Counted from the stretch's first letter, positions 19,563 through 29,312 are shown. The stretch is DNA of 64,000 nucleotides from Bacteroidota bacterium (GCA_025361565.1 JANYKN010000195.1:22791-86790); one strand, 5' to 3'. The notes: a model not told the origin generated them from the sequence alone. Made by a program: numbers and translations.

Positions 19563-20657
19563 CTAAATATCGTAATTGTCATAAATAAATTTAAAATCTT
19601 CTCTGATTTTTGATTCTATCAATCCAAACTCTTCGAGTGAATATATATGGCCACTTTTGAAAGATTTCTGTTTGTTTTCCTGATCAACAATTCTAGAGGA
19701 TAACTCCTCGGATCTCTCCAATTCAAGAAACTCAATCAAACGATACATCGACCCAGTAAAATCATGTTTGATATCTTTGTAATTTAGCACCATCAGGCTT
19801 TTTGAATTTATTCCATTTTGTTGAAGGGTTTCATGTAACTCTTTGTAAAAAAACAAAGATGCCCCATACAAATTTTTATAAAAAAGTTGTTTTGTATTTT
19901 CATTCAATGAATCAAAATTGAACAATTTTTGTAATAAGCCTTTAATTAATGACATACTCGAAGGAATTACCTCCAATGGATCTCTCAATAATAATATAAT
20001 TCTGGCGCTTGGAAAATTTTCTAAAAGTAGGTTTATATTAATTATTAGTGAAAAAGACTTAGAAAACATTATTTTATTACTTCTTTTGTCTTCAAAAAGG
20101 TTTTTTTTATGAAGTTTTTTTAAATAAATTAAGGATTGCTCAATTTTTGTATGATAAATTAGATCTTTTTCTAATTCAGCGGTATTCTCAAAATTTGAAA
20201 ATGCCCTAAAATAAAGCCAGAAAAAAAGACCTTCAAATGAATTAAAAAATAAAGCCACATCATCTGTTTCCGCTTCCAATAGACCGGTTTTGTGTATTTC
20301 AGGATTGTATAATTTTTTTTTGCTTATTTTATCAAGGTAAGGAATAAATGATTTCAAGAGCTTTCTGTATGTAATAGAGGGAATAATCATTTCCCACAAA
20401 TACATTCCTCTATATTGCAGGTTATTGAGTAATAAAAACCGATGCAAAAATGTAGTTCCGCTCCTTGGATGACCAATTAAAAATACAGGTTTATCATTTC
20501 TTATTTTTATATAGCCATTAAAAAAAATAAAATCGAAAATATCTCCCAAAACAAGGAATAATTTTAGAAATGAACGGAGAACTATTATAACTAAAAGTTT
20601 AAACCATGGAAGTGGTGAACGAGCAAGTGATGAAATTTTTGCATAAAGATTTCTCAT
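19563..20657 (-). CDS. PAPS-dependent sulfotransferase family protein with hydrophobic N-terminal segment
   Basis: 5'-PSB loop LIGHPRSGTTFLHRFL and 3'-PB-like LLLRDPLEVIPSS. N-terminus PWFKLLVIIVLRSFLKLFLVLGDIFDFIFF is hydrophobic. The start lies 1 nt after the upstream stop. Confidence 0.7.
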   Translation of the reverse strand: MRNLYAKISSLARSPLPWFKLLVIIVLRSFLKLFLVLGDIFDFIFFNGYIKIRNDKPVFLIGHPRSGTTFLHRFLLLNNLQYRGMYLWEMIIPSITYRKLLKSFIPYLDKISKKKLYNPEIHKTGLLEAETDDVALFFNSFEGLFFWLYFRAFSNFENTAELEKDLIYHTKIEQSLIYLKKLHKKNLFEDKRSNKIMFSKSFSLIININLLLENFPSARIILLLRDPLEVIPSSMSLIKGLLQKLFNFDSLNENTKQLFYKNLYGASLFFYKELHETLQQNGINSKSLMVLNYKDIKHDFTGSMYRLIEFLELERSEELSSRIVDQENKQKSFKSGHIYSLEEFGLIESKIREDFKFIYDNYDI

Positions 20658-20658
20658 A

Positions 20659-21690
20659 TTAACATTCCCAAATTGCAGCTCCAGTAACCATAGAAAAACC
20701 GGCAGCAGCAGCGTTAAAAATTAATTTATTGCCATTAATTAATCCAGTAGTTTTCAATATGTGGTCCATGGTCATTGGAATACTAGAATTGATCGTATTC
20801 CCATACAAATGATGTATAATTGGAGCTTTCTCTATTGGAACACCAATTGCGTGGCAAATATTTTGGATTATCTTCTTACTTGGCTGATGGGCTATGAAAT
20901 AATCTATGTCACTTATTTTCCAACCAATTCTTTCCAAAATATTATTTATTTCAATAGGAACATTCTCCAATCCCAAATCAAAAATCTCTTTACTTGATGA
21001 CTGAAATTTTCTTAGATCAACAGGTACTTTGCATATATTATAAGAATTAGGGAGTGAAGTGTTTTGCATATCCAACAATCTGGCTCCTCCATTTTTAAGT
21101 GGCTTCTTTGTAAGCAACCAAGCTGATGATCCTCCACCCAACGTTAATCCTGCAGATTTGAAAGATAAATCAGCAAAAGATTGGATATCATAATTAATTG
21201 CTTCATCCGGGAAGTCTGTAGTACAACAAAGTGCCGTATTAATTCTGTTGTTCGCCCGCATGAGTGATGCAGCTACCTGAACAGATTGAAGCAACCCAGC
21301 GCAAGCATCAGTGACGTCAAAGGCTGACACTTTCTTAATTCCTAATCTCGCAGCAATTTCCATCGCTGTAGCAGGTTCAAAATATTCACGATATACTCCA
21401 CCATATATAACTAAATCGATACTTGTAGGATCAACTTGATTCGACTCACAAACTCTTTCTGCAACCTCAATTGCATAATCAATTGGGCTTTTTCCTTCCT
21501 CCAGACCAAGAAACCTGACTTGTGTATTGCAATATTTGAATACAAAAGAGATCCCAACTTTAATTTTTTTCCATTCGTCTTGAGTACCATTAAAATTTGA
21601 AAAAACCTTTTCGATTATTTGATCATTAGTAATACAATTCTGTGCAAATTTCACATCAGGTGCAGATAAATATATGGGAATATTAAACAT
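20659..21690 (-). CDS. FabH-like (KAS III family) condensing enzyme
   Basis: Cys-His-Asn triad contexts are present: FDVTDACAGLLQS, FIAHQPSKKII and YGNTINSSIPM. 343 aa. Confidence 0.7.
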   Translation of the reverse strand: MFNIPIYLSAPDVKFAQNCITNDQIIEKVFSNFNGTQDEWKKIKVGISFVFKYCNTQVRFLGLEEGKSPIDYAIEVAERVCESNQVDPTSIDLVIYGGVYREYFEPATAMEIAARLGIKKVSAFDVTDACAGLLQSVQVAASLMRANNRINTALCCTTDFPDEAINYDIQSFADLSFKSAGLTLGGGSSAWLLTKKPLKNGGARLLDMQNTSLPNSYNICKVPVDLRKFQSSSKEIFDLGLENVPIEINNILERIGWKISDIDYFIAHQPSKKIIQNICHAIGVPIEKAPIIHHLYGNTINSSIPMTMDHILKTTGLINGNKLIFNAAAAGFSMVTGAAIWEC

Positions 21691-22243
21691 TTAAACTTTT
21701 TAAATTAGTGGATAAAGACTTTTTTTTCAATATTAGAAATGTGCGATATTATATATTTATTCTTAAGTCGCATACTATAGAATAAAAGTTGTAATAATAT
21801 TAGAAGAAAAACACTAAAATTAAACGTTGGAAATAAATTATTTTTTACAAATAATTACAGACAGCCTAATTAAGTATCCTTATTATTTTTTTAATCGTCA
21901 TTCATTTATTCAAAACCCAATTATTGAGATCAACTAAGTTGAAACAATATAATGAAGATTACAAAAATATTAAATTTTATTCTAAATTTTAAAACAGACT
22001 ATAATTCATACTTAATTAACGTAATAAACAGTAGTTGACTTTGGAATATTGGCAATATATAAAAACTCGAATCTTGTCGTAGGATCTTATATCGAATTTA
22101 CTAATCCTAACATTAACTATTCTAATGTTTAATACAAGATTCCAAACGATCCAACACTCTAGTTAGATGTTCATAAAACATCCTTTCCTCCCAACTAATA
22201 AAGTGATTATTATCAAGCTAATAATGTATCCAAACAAGATAAT

Positions 22244-22274
22244 ATAAAAAAAGCTACCCCAAAAGGGGCAGCTT
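22244..22274 (-). terminator. rho-independent terminator of the SusC/D operon
   Basis: Stem agctacccc (22252-22260) / ggggcagct (22265-22273), with one G-U pair on the minus strand and loop aaaa. A T-run follows on the minus strand (plus-strand A-run 22246-22251). Lies 26 nt past the stop. Confidence 0.7.
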
Positions 22275-22299
22275 TAAATAAGAATTCTTAATATTCAGT

Positions 22300-23595
22300 T
22301 TATTTTAAAACTGGCTTATCATTAAGATTGAGTGTTTTATGACCTTGACTTTTTTTAGGAAGTCCAGCAGGATCCAAAGTTAGAACAGCTGTAAATGTAG
22401 GTTTAGTTGCATAACCATAATCAAACATCCATTGTCCAAGATCAAAAGTACCTTGTATTAAAGTATATTCGATTGTCATAAGGGTATATGGTCCACTATT
22501 ATCAATTACACCAGTTCCTTGAATATGATAAGGAGTCTGTAAAGCACCTTTATAGGTGGTTTGGCAATACACTTGATTAGCTATGTCTAAAGTTGCACCA
22601 TTGTCAGTGTAAACACAAGTACCTCCAGAAACAATAACCTCACCCCAAAAATCTGACATCCAACCAAAAACCAAGCCGGTCATAATCTGGCCAGTACAAT
22701 TCTGAGAAGTTGTTACTTCGCTTGTGTAACCACCATCATCACCAAACCAGGTAACAACTGGAGGTGTAACATAAGAAACCTCACGAGTAATTGTATAGAC
22801 AGCACCCACTTTAGTAACCTTTGCTAAATTTGTACGAAAAACAGAACATGGAGTTTCATTGGTCATTACACTTGCAAATTCCATTTTTTCATTGATTATA
22901 CCCAATTGAGTAAAATCCAATGTTAAGTTTAGAGTAACAGGAGCATTTAAATCACCAAAATCCAATGTTGCTAAAAGATCTACAGCAATGATGTAATCAC
23001 CATCAGGCAAATTTTTGAAATTCTCATATAATGCATCAGCAGATTTTGAGGTATTTGCAAAATCAACAATTGAATTATCAGAAGGATCAACAATTAATAA
23101 TCGCATATCTACAACATCTTTAGGTGCAAGATCTACTCCAATAGAAGATAAAACATCTGTAGTTGTTGTTAATGCAATAATCATTTTTGGATTTGTTCCG
23201 TTAACTGCAGTAAATGAATAGGTTTCGCTGCTGGTCTTAACACCTCTGGAGTCGAGTATTTCAACTCTCCAATAATAGGTTTGTCCATCTATTACATCTA
23301 CAGTTATTGTTTGCTTATTGTAAGCAGATTGTAAAAGTGCAGGTGATTTACCTGTACCAAAATAAACGTCCCAAGCAACTGCATCACCTCCGGTATTTTC
23401 AGAAGTCCATGTCAAATCAACAGTTGAACCAGTAAAGAAGAGTGTTCCATCCGCATTCACAACCGGTGAGGTTGCCACAGGTTGCGTAAATGCCTGTTTT
23501 ACTTCAAATACACCATCCTCTTGTTTACAACTTTGCATTGTAAGTAGGCCGGATACTAAAAGCAACATTATGATTAAAATATTTTTTCTTTTCAT
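22300..23595 (-). CDS. hypothetical surface lipoprotein (PUL-encoded, Ig/Fn3-like N-terminal domain)
   Basis: Lipobox LLTMQSC. Segment TVDLTWTSE...AWDVYFGTG...GQTYYWRVEILDSRG...YSFTA resembles an Fn3/Ig-like glycan-binding module. It is the last gene of the susCD operon. Confidence 0.45.
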   Translation of the reverse strand: MKRKNILIIMLLLVSGLLTMQSCKQEDGVFEVKQAFTQPVATSPVVNADGTLFFTGSTVDLTWTSENTGGDAVAWDVYFGTGKSPALLQSAYNKQTITVDVIDGQTYYWRVEILDSRGVKTSSETYSFTAVNGTNPKMIIALTTTTDVLSSIGVDLAPKDVVDMRLLIVDPSDNSIVDFANTSKSADALYENFKNLPDGDYIIAVDLLATLDFGDLNAPVTLNLTLDFTQLGIINEKMEFASVMTNETPCSVFRTNLAKVTKVGAVYTITREVSYVTPPVVTWFGDDGGYTSEVTTSQNCTGQIMTGLVFGWMSDFWGEVIVSGGTCVYTDNGATLDIANQVYCQTTYKGALQTPYHIQGTGVIDNSGPYTLMTIEYTLIQGTFDLGQWMFDYGYATKPTFTAVLTLDPAGLPKKSQGHKTLNLNDKPVLK

Positions 23596-23644
23596 AAAAT
23601 TTAATTTATTAATGTATCTATTCTTTCAATAAGAATCCAATAAT

Positions 23645-24577
23645 CTATAACCTCGTATTTGTTTCACGAATATACCGTGGAGTTGCATTATAGGAATAGT
23701 ATAATTCAAAGGTTTTGGTTACCGGATTGTAATAATTCATAGGATCACCTTTGTAAGTGCTATATTGAACAGTACCAACATTTGCAGCACCATCATCCAA
23801 CTGTAGGTTACAAAGATAAACGTCAACACCACCTACATTTATTGTGTTGGAAGTTACCTGTATTTGAAGATTATAACCTGTATAATCACCAGCCTGTGTT
23901 TTTTTAACAGTTGTTAAATCAACAGTGGTCAAATTAAGTTTCAAATCGAAAGGTAAAATTCCAAGAGAAGGATGGTTTCTAAATCCTTGTGACAAATATT
24001 GCCCTTCATATGCATTGGCAATTGGTAATCCTACCAAAACTGTTTTCACGTTTTCTGCGATTACAACGCCTCCAGATGCAGAAGTGATTGTTATGGCTTT
24101 CATATAATTACCAGCTACCTGAACTGTATCAGCTCTGTTAACTTTAAACCTAACAACTCCAGTTCTGCTACCTGCAGGTATAGTTATAGTAGGATCCAAA
24201 AGTTCAGCACCCGGATATGGCTTATAATCATTCCAAATAAGAACACCTGTTGGAGCTGTTTTAGTAGTATCACCGTTTGCAATAGCAGCAGCTTTTAAGG
24301 TTGAGTCATATGCGGCAATTGCTGCATCATCAAACTCGAAAGTTAAAGTAGTAGCTTGACCAGGAACAGCATCTGTAGCAATATTAACCGCAACCTCAAT
24401 GATTACATCATCAGGAGCAATTTGCAAACTATTGGCCCTAAAACCAGCTTTTAAAAAAGTAGCATACATTTTCCCGGCAACATCATCTTTCCAATAATCA
24501 TGGTCATCTTTCAAGCAAGAACTTAAGACAAAAATGCCTGCCAGGAAGATAAATAGAATAGCTATTTTATTTTTCAT
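23645..24577 (-). CDS. DUF1735/DUF4361-type SusD-adjacent lipoprotein
   Basis: Lipobox VLSSC. 310 aa, located immediately after susD. The beta-rich two-domain layout is typical of these PUL accessory proteins. Confidence 0.5.
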   Translation of the reverse strand: MKNKIAILFIFLAGIFVLSSCLKDDHDYWKDDVAGKMYATFLKAGFRANSLQIAPDDVIIEVAVNIATDAVPGQATTLTFEFDDAAIAAYDSTLKAAAIANGDTTKTAPTGVLIWNDYKPYPGAELLDPTITIPAGSRTGVVRFKVNRADTVQVAGNYMKAITITSASGGVVIAENVKTVLVGLPIANAYEGQYLSQGFRNHPSLGILPFDLKLNLTTVDLTTVKKTQAGDYTGYNLQIQVTSNTINVGGVDVYLCNLQLDDGAANVGTVQYSTYKGDPMNYYNPVTKTFELYYSYNATPRYIRETNTRL

Positions 24578-24611
24578 ATTTTTTTTATGTTTAAATTAAA
24601 ATCATTGATAA

Positions 24612-26129
24612 TTAACGGTTCTGCCAGAATATTTTAGATGCAAAGGCGTCAATTGTTCCAACCTTTAAAAGTTGATCATTGTTTGTTGAAATTTCAGTTT
24701 GTGGATACAACAAACGTACAGGAGGTGTAGCGTTTAATGCATCAGGATCCGGGCTAAAGCTCAAAATCGAAGGATACCCAGTTCTTCTGTAATCTGTCCA
24801 GATTTCAACAGGTGCAATACCATTTAAAGCTGCCCATTTTTGGGTAATGATTAATTCCAGTTTATTAGGAGCTAAAGTATAACTTACTTTATTATTTTCC
24901 TGTGAAAAATAATTATATGCATCACCACTAGGAAAACCCATATAAATAAATGATTGGGTAACAGCAGCTTCATAAAGAGCTTGGGCATCACCAACAATTA
25001 AACCTCTTTCAGCAGCTTCTGCCTGAATAAACAAACTTTCGAAATCAGTTAATAACGGTGCTGATTTAGAAGGTGTACCAATCATTGTTGTTGGATCTTC
25101 AGGATCAGAAGCGTAACCAAGTTGTGATGTTGTAGCAGCTGATTTTAAATTTGCAGCATTTGTACCGAAAATATTACCACCATATACTGCAGAAGTAGTA
25201 GAAGTAGATTTGAAGAATTTTCCAATACGTGGATCTAGTGTTGATTGATAATAATCAAGGACATCAGATCCTGCAAAATAATATGAAGTTGCATCAGATT
25301 GTGCACTACCAGACTCATTATAAAAAGTTTCGTAAAATGGGTTCATTTTAGTTGCAGAAGAAAGAAATCCAGGATTAACCAAACCACCTTCACCTGCACC
25401 AATATAACCAATTGAAGCAGTTGTAGCAATAGCATCATTAATATATGTATCTCTGCCAGCCATATCAGATTGGTGCAATAAAATACGCAATTTCAAAGTG
25501 TTTGCAAATTTTAACCACAAATCCATATTACCGGCATACATGATATCACTGTTAGCAGGTATTAAACTTGCATCAACAGGAGCATTTTGAATTAGATCCA
25601 TGGCAGCATCAAGCTGTACAATCAAATCTTCATAAATACCTTGCTGTGCATCGTATTTTGGTTTCATATTATGCAAAGCATCAAATGCCTCAGTATAAGG
25701 AACATCTCCCCAACAATCCACTAAATTCTGAAACATATAGGCTTTCAATATTTTAGCAACTGCCAAATAGTTTGCCTCTTTAGCATCAACTGAAGAAACT
25801 TGTTCAATCTCAGTCAAATTTTGGCCAATTAGGTAAAAAGAATTAAAAGCTCCCTGATAACTACTATTTAAAAGCTTATATTGAGTCAAAAATATTGGTT
25901 GAGTATAACCGGCACTAATTGACCATTGGCCATACCATAGATAAACAAATTCAAAATTTCGCGGACTATCCATAACCCTTGCCATACTGTTGATTGCATT
26001 AGGCAACAACAAATTTGTAGGAACTTTTGAAGCATTATTTGGATTCACTTCGTTAACCGAAAGAAAATCCTTGCATGAGCTTCCGAAAAGTATTGCTACA
26101 AATAATAATATTATGATATTTTTATTCAT
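24612..26129 (-). CDS. susD: SusD/RagB family nutrient-binding outer membrane lipoprotein
   Basis: Lipobox LFGSSC, 505 aa, TPR-like helical content. C-terminal ...IWTDYRRTGYP...RLLYPQTEISTN is typical of the SusD-like_2 type. Starts 19 nt downstream of susC. Confidence 0.85.
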   Translation of the reverse strand: MNKNIIILLFVAILFGSSCKDFLSVNEVNPNNASKVPTNLLLPNAINSMARVMDSPRNFEFVYLWYGQWSISAGYTQPIFLTQYKLLNSSYQGAFNSFYLIGQNLTEIEQVSSVDAKEANYLAVAKILKAYMFQNLVDCWGDVPYTEAFDALHNMKPKYDAQQGIYEDLIVQLDAAMDLIQNAPVDASLIPANSDIMYAGNMDLWLKFANTLKLRILLHQSDMAGRDTYINDAIATTASIGYIGAGEGGLVNPGFLSSATKMNPFYETFYNESGSAQSDATSYYFAGSDVLDYYQSTLDPRIGKFFKSTSTTSAVYGGNIFGTNAANLKSAATTSQLGYASDPEDPTTMIGTPSKSAPLLTDFESLFIQAEAAERGLIVGDAQALYEAAVTQSFIYMGFPSGDAYNYFSQENNKVSYTLAPNKLELIITQKWAALNGIAPVEIWTDYRRTGYPSILSFSPDPDALNATPPVRLLYPQTEISTNNDQLLKVGTIDAFASKIFWQNR

Positions 26130-26147
26130 TTTTTTTATATTTTAATT

Positions 26148-29100
26148 TTAGAAAGTAAGTTTTACACTAAAACCAAAAATTCTTGTTGGAGGTGTTTGGT
26201 TCTCATTTGTATTACCAACAGCATTGGATGTTGCACCTGAAGTATTAAACTCTGGATCTGTCCAAACATTGGTTTTTGGTCGGAACATCAATAAGTTTCT
26301 TCCGATTAAAGAAACATTTGCTTCCCTGATAACTTTACCACCCCAAAGTTTACTTACCGGTACATCATAAGATATAGAAACCTCTCTCAATTTCCAGGTT
26401 GCAGCACTGGTTACATAAGCCATTTGTGTAGTATGATAATCTGAATTTACCCAAAATGCTCTCGATGCATCAGGAACCACAACATCTGTATTTGGAACAA
26501 ATACACCAGGAGAAGTTTCAATTACAGAATTTGGAATTACAAATGGTTGACGTCCGTTTAAAGTAGAATGTTCAGAAACGCCAGTAAAATCAAGAGAATT
26601 ACCAACTGCATTATGAATATTGTTTCCTGTACGATATTCAGCAACTATTGTTAATCTTATACCTTTATAAGAAAGATCAGTTGAAACACCTAAAATATGA
26701 TTTGGGTTACCATGTCCTGCTTTTTGAAGAGCTGGTTCTTTTTTAGGTAATCCAGTTTTTGCATCAACAATGATGCGTCCATCAGGATCACGTTGAACAT
26801 CAGTTACTTTTAAAGTAGGGAATTGTTCACCAACAACAGCATAAGCTACATCACCAATAAACAACTCATCTAATCCAGGCATAAGAGAAAGCAACTTTGA
26901 CTCTTGATAAGTATAGTTAATACCTGCATTCCACACTAAACCACCAACTTGAATAATAGGAGTAAATTTCAAATCTACTTCAACACCTTTATTTTCCATC
27001 TCACCAGCATTAATTGTTGCTACACTATATCCAGTTGAGGCAGATATAACAGCAGGGATGGTTTGATCGTTTGTAGTGCCTTTGTAAATATTGGTTTCCA
27101 AATGAATTCTGTTTTTAAGGAAACTCATTTCAATACCAGCTTCCATATCAGTTGTAATCTCAGGCTTTAATGTTGGATTACTTAAGTTGGTGCTTGATCT
27201 AAAACCGGCAACACTTCCGTATGGAAATCCTGTTCCTGCAAAGTACTCAGGTATAGTTGCATACCAATTGGTAAGTGCAACTTGACCTGTTTTTGACCAT
27301 CCAGCCCTAACTTTAAGGAAAGACAAAACTGTATTGTCTTTTAATGCGGGAACCATATCAGAAACAATAAAAGCAACGTCAACAGCAGGATAGAAGAACG
27401 AGCGATTATCCTGAACCAATCTTGAATCCCAGTCATTACGACCTGACATGTGCAAAGAAACAAATTCTTTATATCCTACAGTAAGATCACCAAACACACC
27501 AACAGAATTTCTTTTTAGTACATATTGCGCAATAGTTGCTTCGCCAACACGGTTACTAACGTTGTATAAGTCAGGTATTACAAGAGATGAAGCAGCATCA
27601 TAAATTGAATTGTCCTGCTGAGAGTATATTGAAACACCAGCAATGGCTTTCATCTTAATATCCCCAAATTGCTTGTCGCTAATTGCTAAAAAGTCATTTG
27701 TTAATATCATAGAAGAAGTCATTTGATCATAAGAATTACCTGCATAAGGAGATAATGTACCCATATGTCCTTGACTCCAAGGATCACCTTTTGAATAATC
27801 GCTATAAACAGCCTCATCAGTATAACCATTGTAATTAATGGTATTATAAACAATACCAGAACGGTTGGTTAACTGTAACCAATTTGTAGGATTAACTGTA
27901 AAGTTTAAAGAACCCAACAAGTCATTTCGTTTTGTTAAAGCACGAGAATGTTCAATTTGCCAATAAGGGTTAGGATAGTAAGCATTGAAATATCCATCAA
28001 GAGCAGCAAACTTATTGTTCACAATATCTTTATATGAAGTTAACGGAACATGTGCTGGAGTATTTAAAACATTCCAATAAACACCACGATTCTGGTTCAT
28101 ATCACCACCTGAAACATTGGTATTTGTTTGAGTAAAACCAAGTGTGAAATTAGTTTTAAAGATACCATATTCTCTTCCTGCAGACATACGTGCACTTGTT
28201 CTTCTATTTTTATCTCCAGGAACAGTTCCGGTGCTTTTCACATCCTGAACAGAAACATAAAAATCACTTCTTTCATCTCCACCGCTTAAGGAAACGTCGT
28301 TCTGCATAGAAACTCCTGTTTGAAAGAAATTCCTTTTTTGATTTTTAACAGGACTAAAAGGAACCATTTGGTATGAACCATCTTCTAATTTACCACCCAA
28401 TATTCTCATGGAACCATCATATTCAGGACCATAGCTTTGGTTTTCGTATGAAGTGTAAGGATCTGTATTTCTATCAGGACCAATCCACATAGTGTAATTA
28501 TTGTCAGCATTTCCAAGGCTCTCACCAGAACCAGAAGCAAAACGTTCTTGTAAATTTGGAAGATACGAAATTCTTTCAAAGTTGGTTGTGTTGCTCACTT
28601 TTACAGTAAGTTTATCTTTGCCACCTTTTTTGGTAGTAACCACCAAAACTCCATTTGAAGCGTCGTTACCATACAAGGCAGCAGCACTAGCACCTTTCAA
28701 TACGTTAACATTTTCAATGTCGTTTGGATTGATTGAGTTCAGATAAGTAGCACTGATAGGCACACCATCCAAAACAACCAAAGCCTGGTTACTAGCTAAC
28801 AAGTGACGATTACCACGCAATGTGATTTTGGTTTCAGGATTAACACCATTACTAATGGTATTGATTTGCAAACCTGATACCTTACCTGCTAAACCATTCA
28901 TTACGTTTGAAACACCTGCATTTGTAAGTTCTTTTTCAGACACTTTATAGGTTGCAACCCCCATTTCTCTAGGATTTCTTTTGATACCAAAAGCAGTTAC
29001 AACAACGTCACTAATGGCAATATCACTGCTTTGCATTGCAGCATTTACCACATCACCAGTTATAGCAACTTCCTGTGTTACCATTCCCATAAACTCAAAA

Positions 29101-29312
29101 ACAAGTGTGTTTGATCCTTCAGGAACAGCTAATGAATAGCCACCATTCAAATCAGTTAGCGTACCCAATTGTGTGCCTTTAACCAACACGGAAACACCAG
29201 GCAAACCCATTCCATCGTCGGCACCAGTAACAGTACCCGTAACGGTTCGCTGTGCAAATACCTGCATACTTAGAAAACCTATGCATGCAAAAAGTATTAA
29301 TACTTTTTTCAT
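26148..29312 (-). CDS. susC: SusC/RagA family TonB-linked outer membrane protein
   Basis: Signal peptide, CarboxypepD_reg-like domain (VTGTVTGADDGMGLPGVSVLVKGT...DLNGGYSL), plug domain, and a 22-strand barrel-sized C-terminus ending ...FGFSVKLTF. Confidence 0.9.
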   Translation of the reverse strand: MKKVLILFACIGFLSMQVFAQRTVTGTVTGADDGMGLPGVSVLVKGTQLGTLTDLNGGYSLAVPEGSNTLVFEFMGMVTQEVAITGDVVNAAMQSSDIAISDVVVTAFGIKRNPREMGVATYKVSEKELTNAGVSNVMNGLAGKVSGLQINTISNGVNPETKITLRGNRHLLASNQALVVLDGVPISATYLNSINPNDIENVNVLKGASAAALYGNDASNGVLVVTTKKGGKDKLTVKVSNTTNFERISYLPNLQERFASGSGESLGNADNNYTMWIGPDRNTDPYTSYENQSYGPEYDGSMRILGGKLEDGSYQMVPFSPVKNQKRNFFQTGVSMQNDVSLSGGDERSDFYVSVQDVKSTGTVPGDKNRRTSARMSAGREYGIFKTNFTLGFTQTNTNVSGGDMNQNRGVYWNVLNTPAHVPLTSYKDIVNNKFAALDGYFNAYYPNPYWQIEHSRALTKRNDLLGSLNFTVNPTNWLQLTNRSGIVYNTINYNGYTDEAVYSDYSKGDPWSQGHMGTLSPYAGNSYDQMTSSMILTNDFLAISDKQFGDIKMKAIAGVSIYSQQDNSIYDAASSLVIPDLYNVSNRVGEATIAQYVLKRNSVGVFGDLTVGYKEFVSLHMSGRNDWDSRLVQDNRSFFYPAVDVAFIVSDMVPALKDNTVLSFLKVRAGWSKTGQVALTNWYATIPEYFAGTGFPYGSVAGFRSSTNLSNPTLKPEITTDMEAGIEMSFLKNRIHLETNIYKGTTNDQTIPAVISASTGYSVATINAGEMENKGVEVDLKFTPIIQVGGLVWNAGINYTYQESKLLSLMPGLDELFIGDVAYAVVGEQFPTLKVTDVQRDPDGRIIVDAKTGLPKKEPALQKAGHGNPNHILGVSTDLSYKGIRLTIVAEYRTGNNIHNAVGNSLDFTGVSEHSTLNGRQPFVIPNSVIETSPGVFVPNTDVVVPDASRAFWVNSDYHTTQMAYVTSAATWKLREVSISYDVPVSKLWGGKVIREANVSLIGRNLLMFRPKTNVWTDPEFNTSGATSNAVGNTNENQTPPTRIFGFSVKLTF

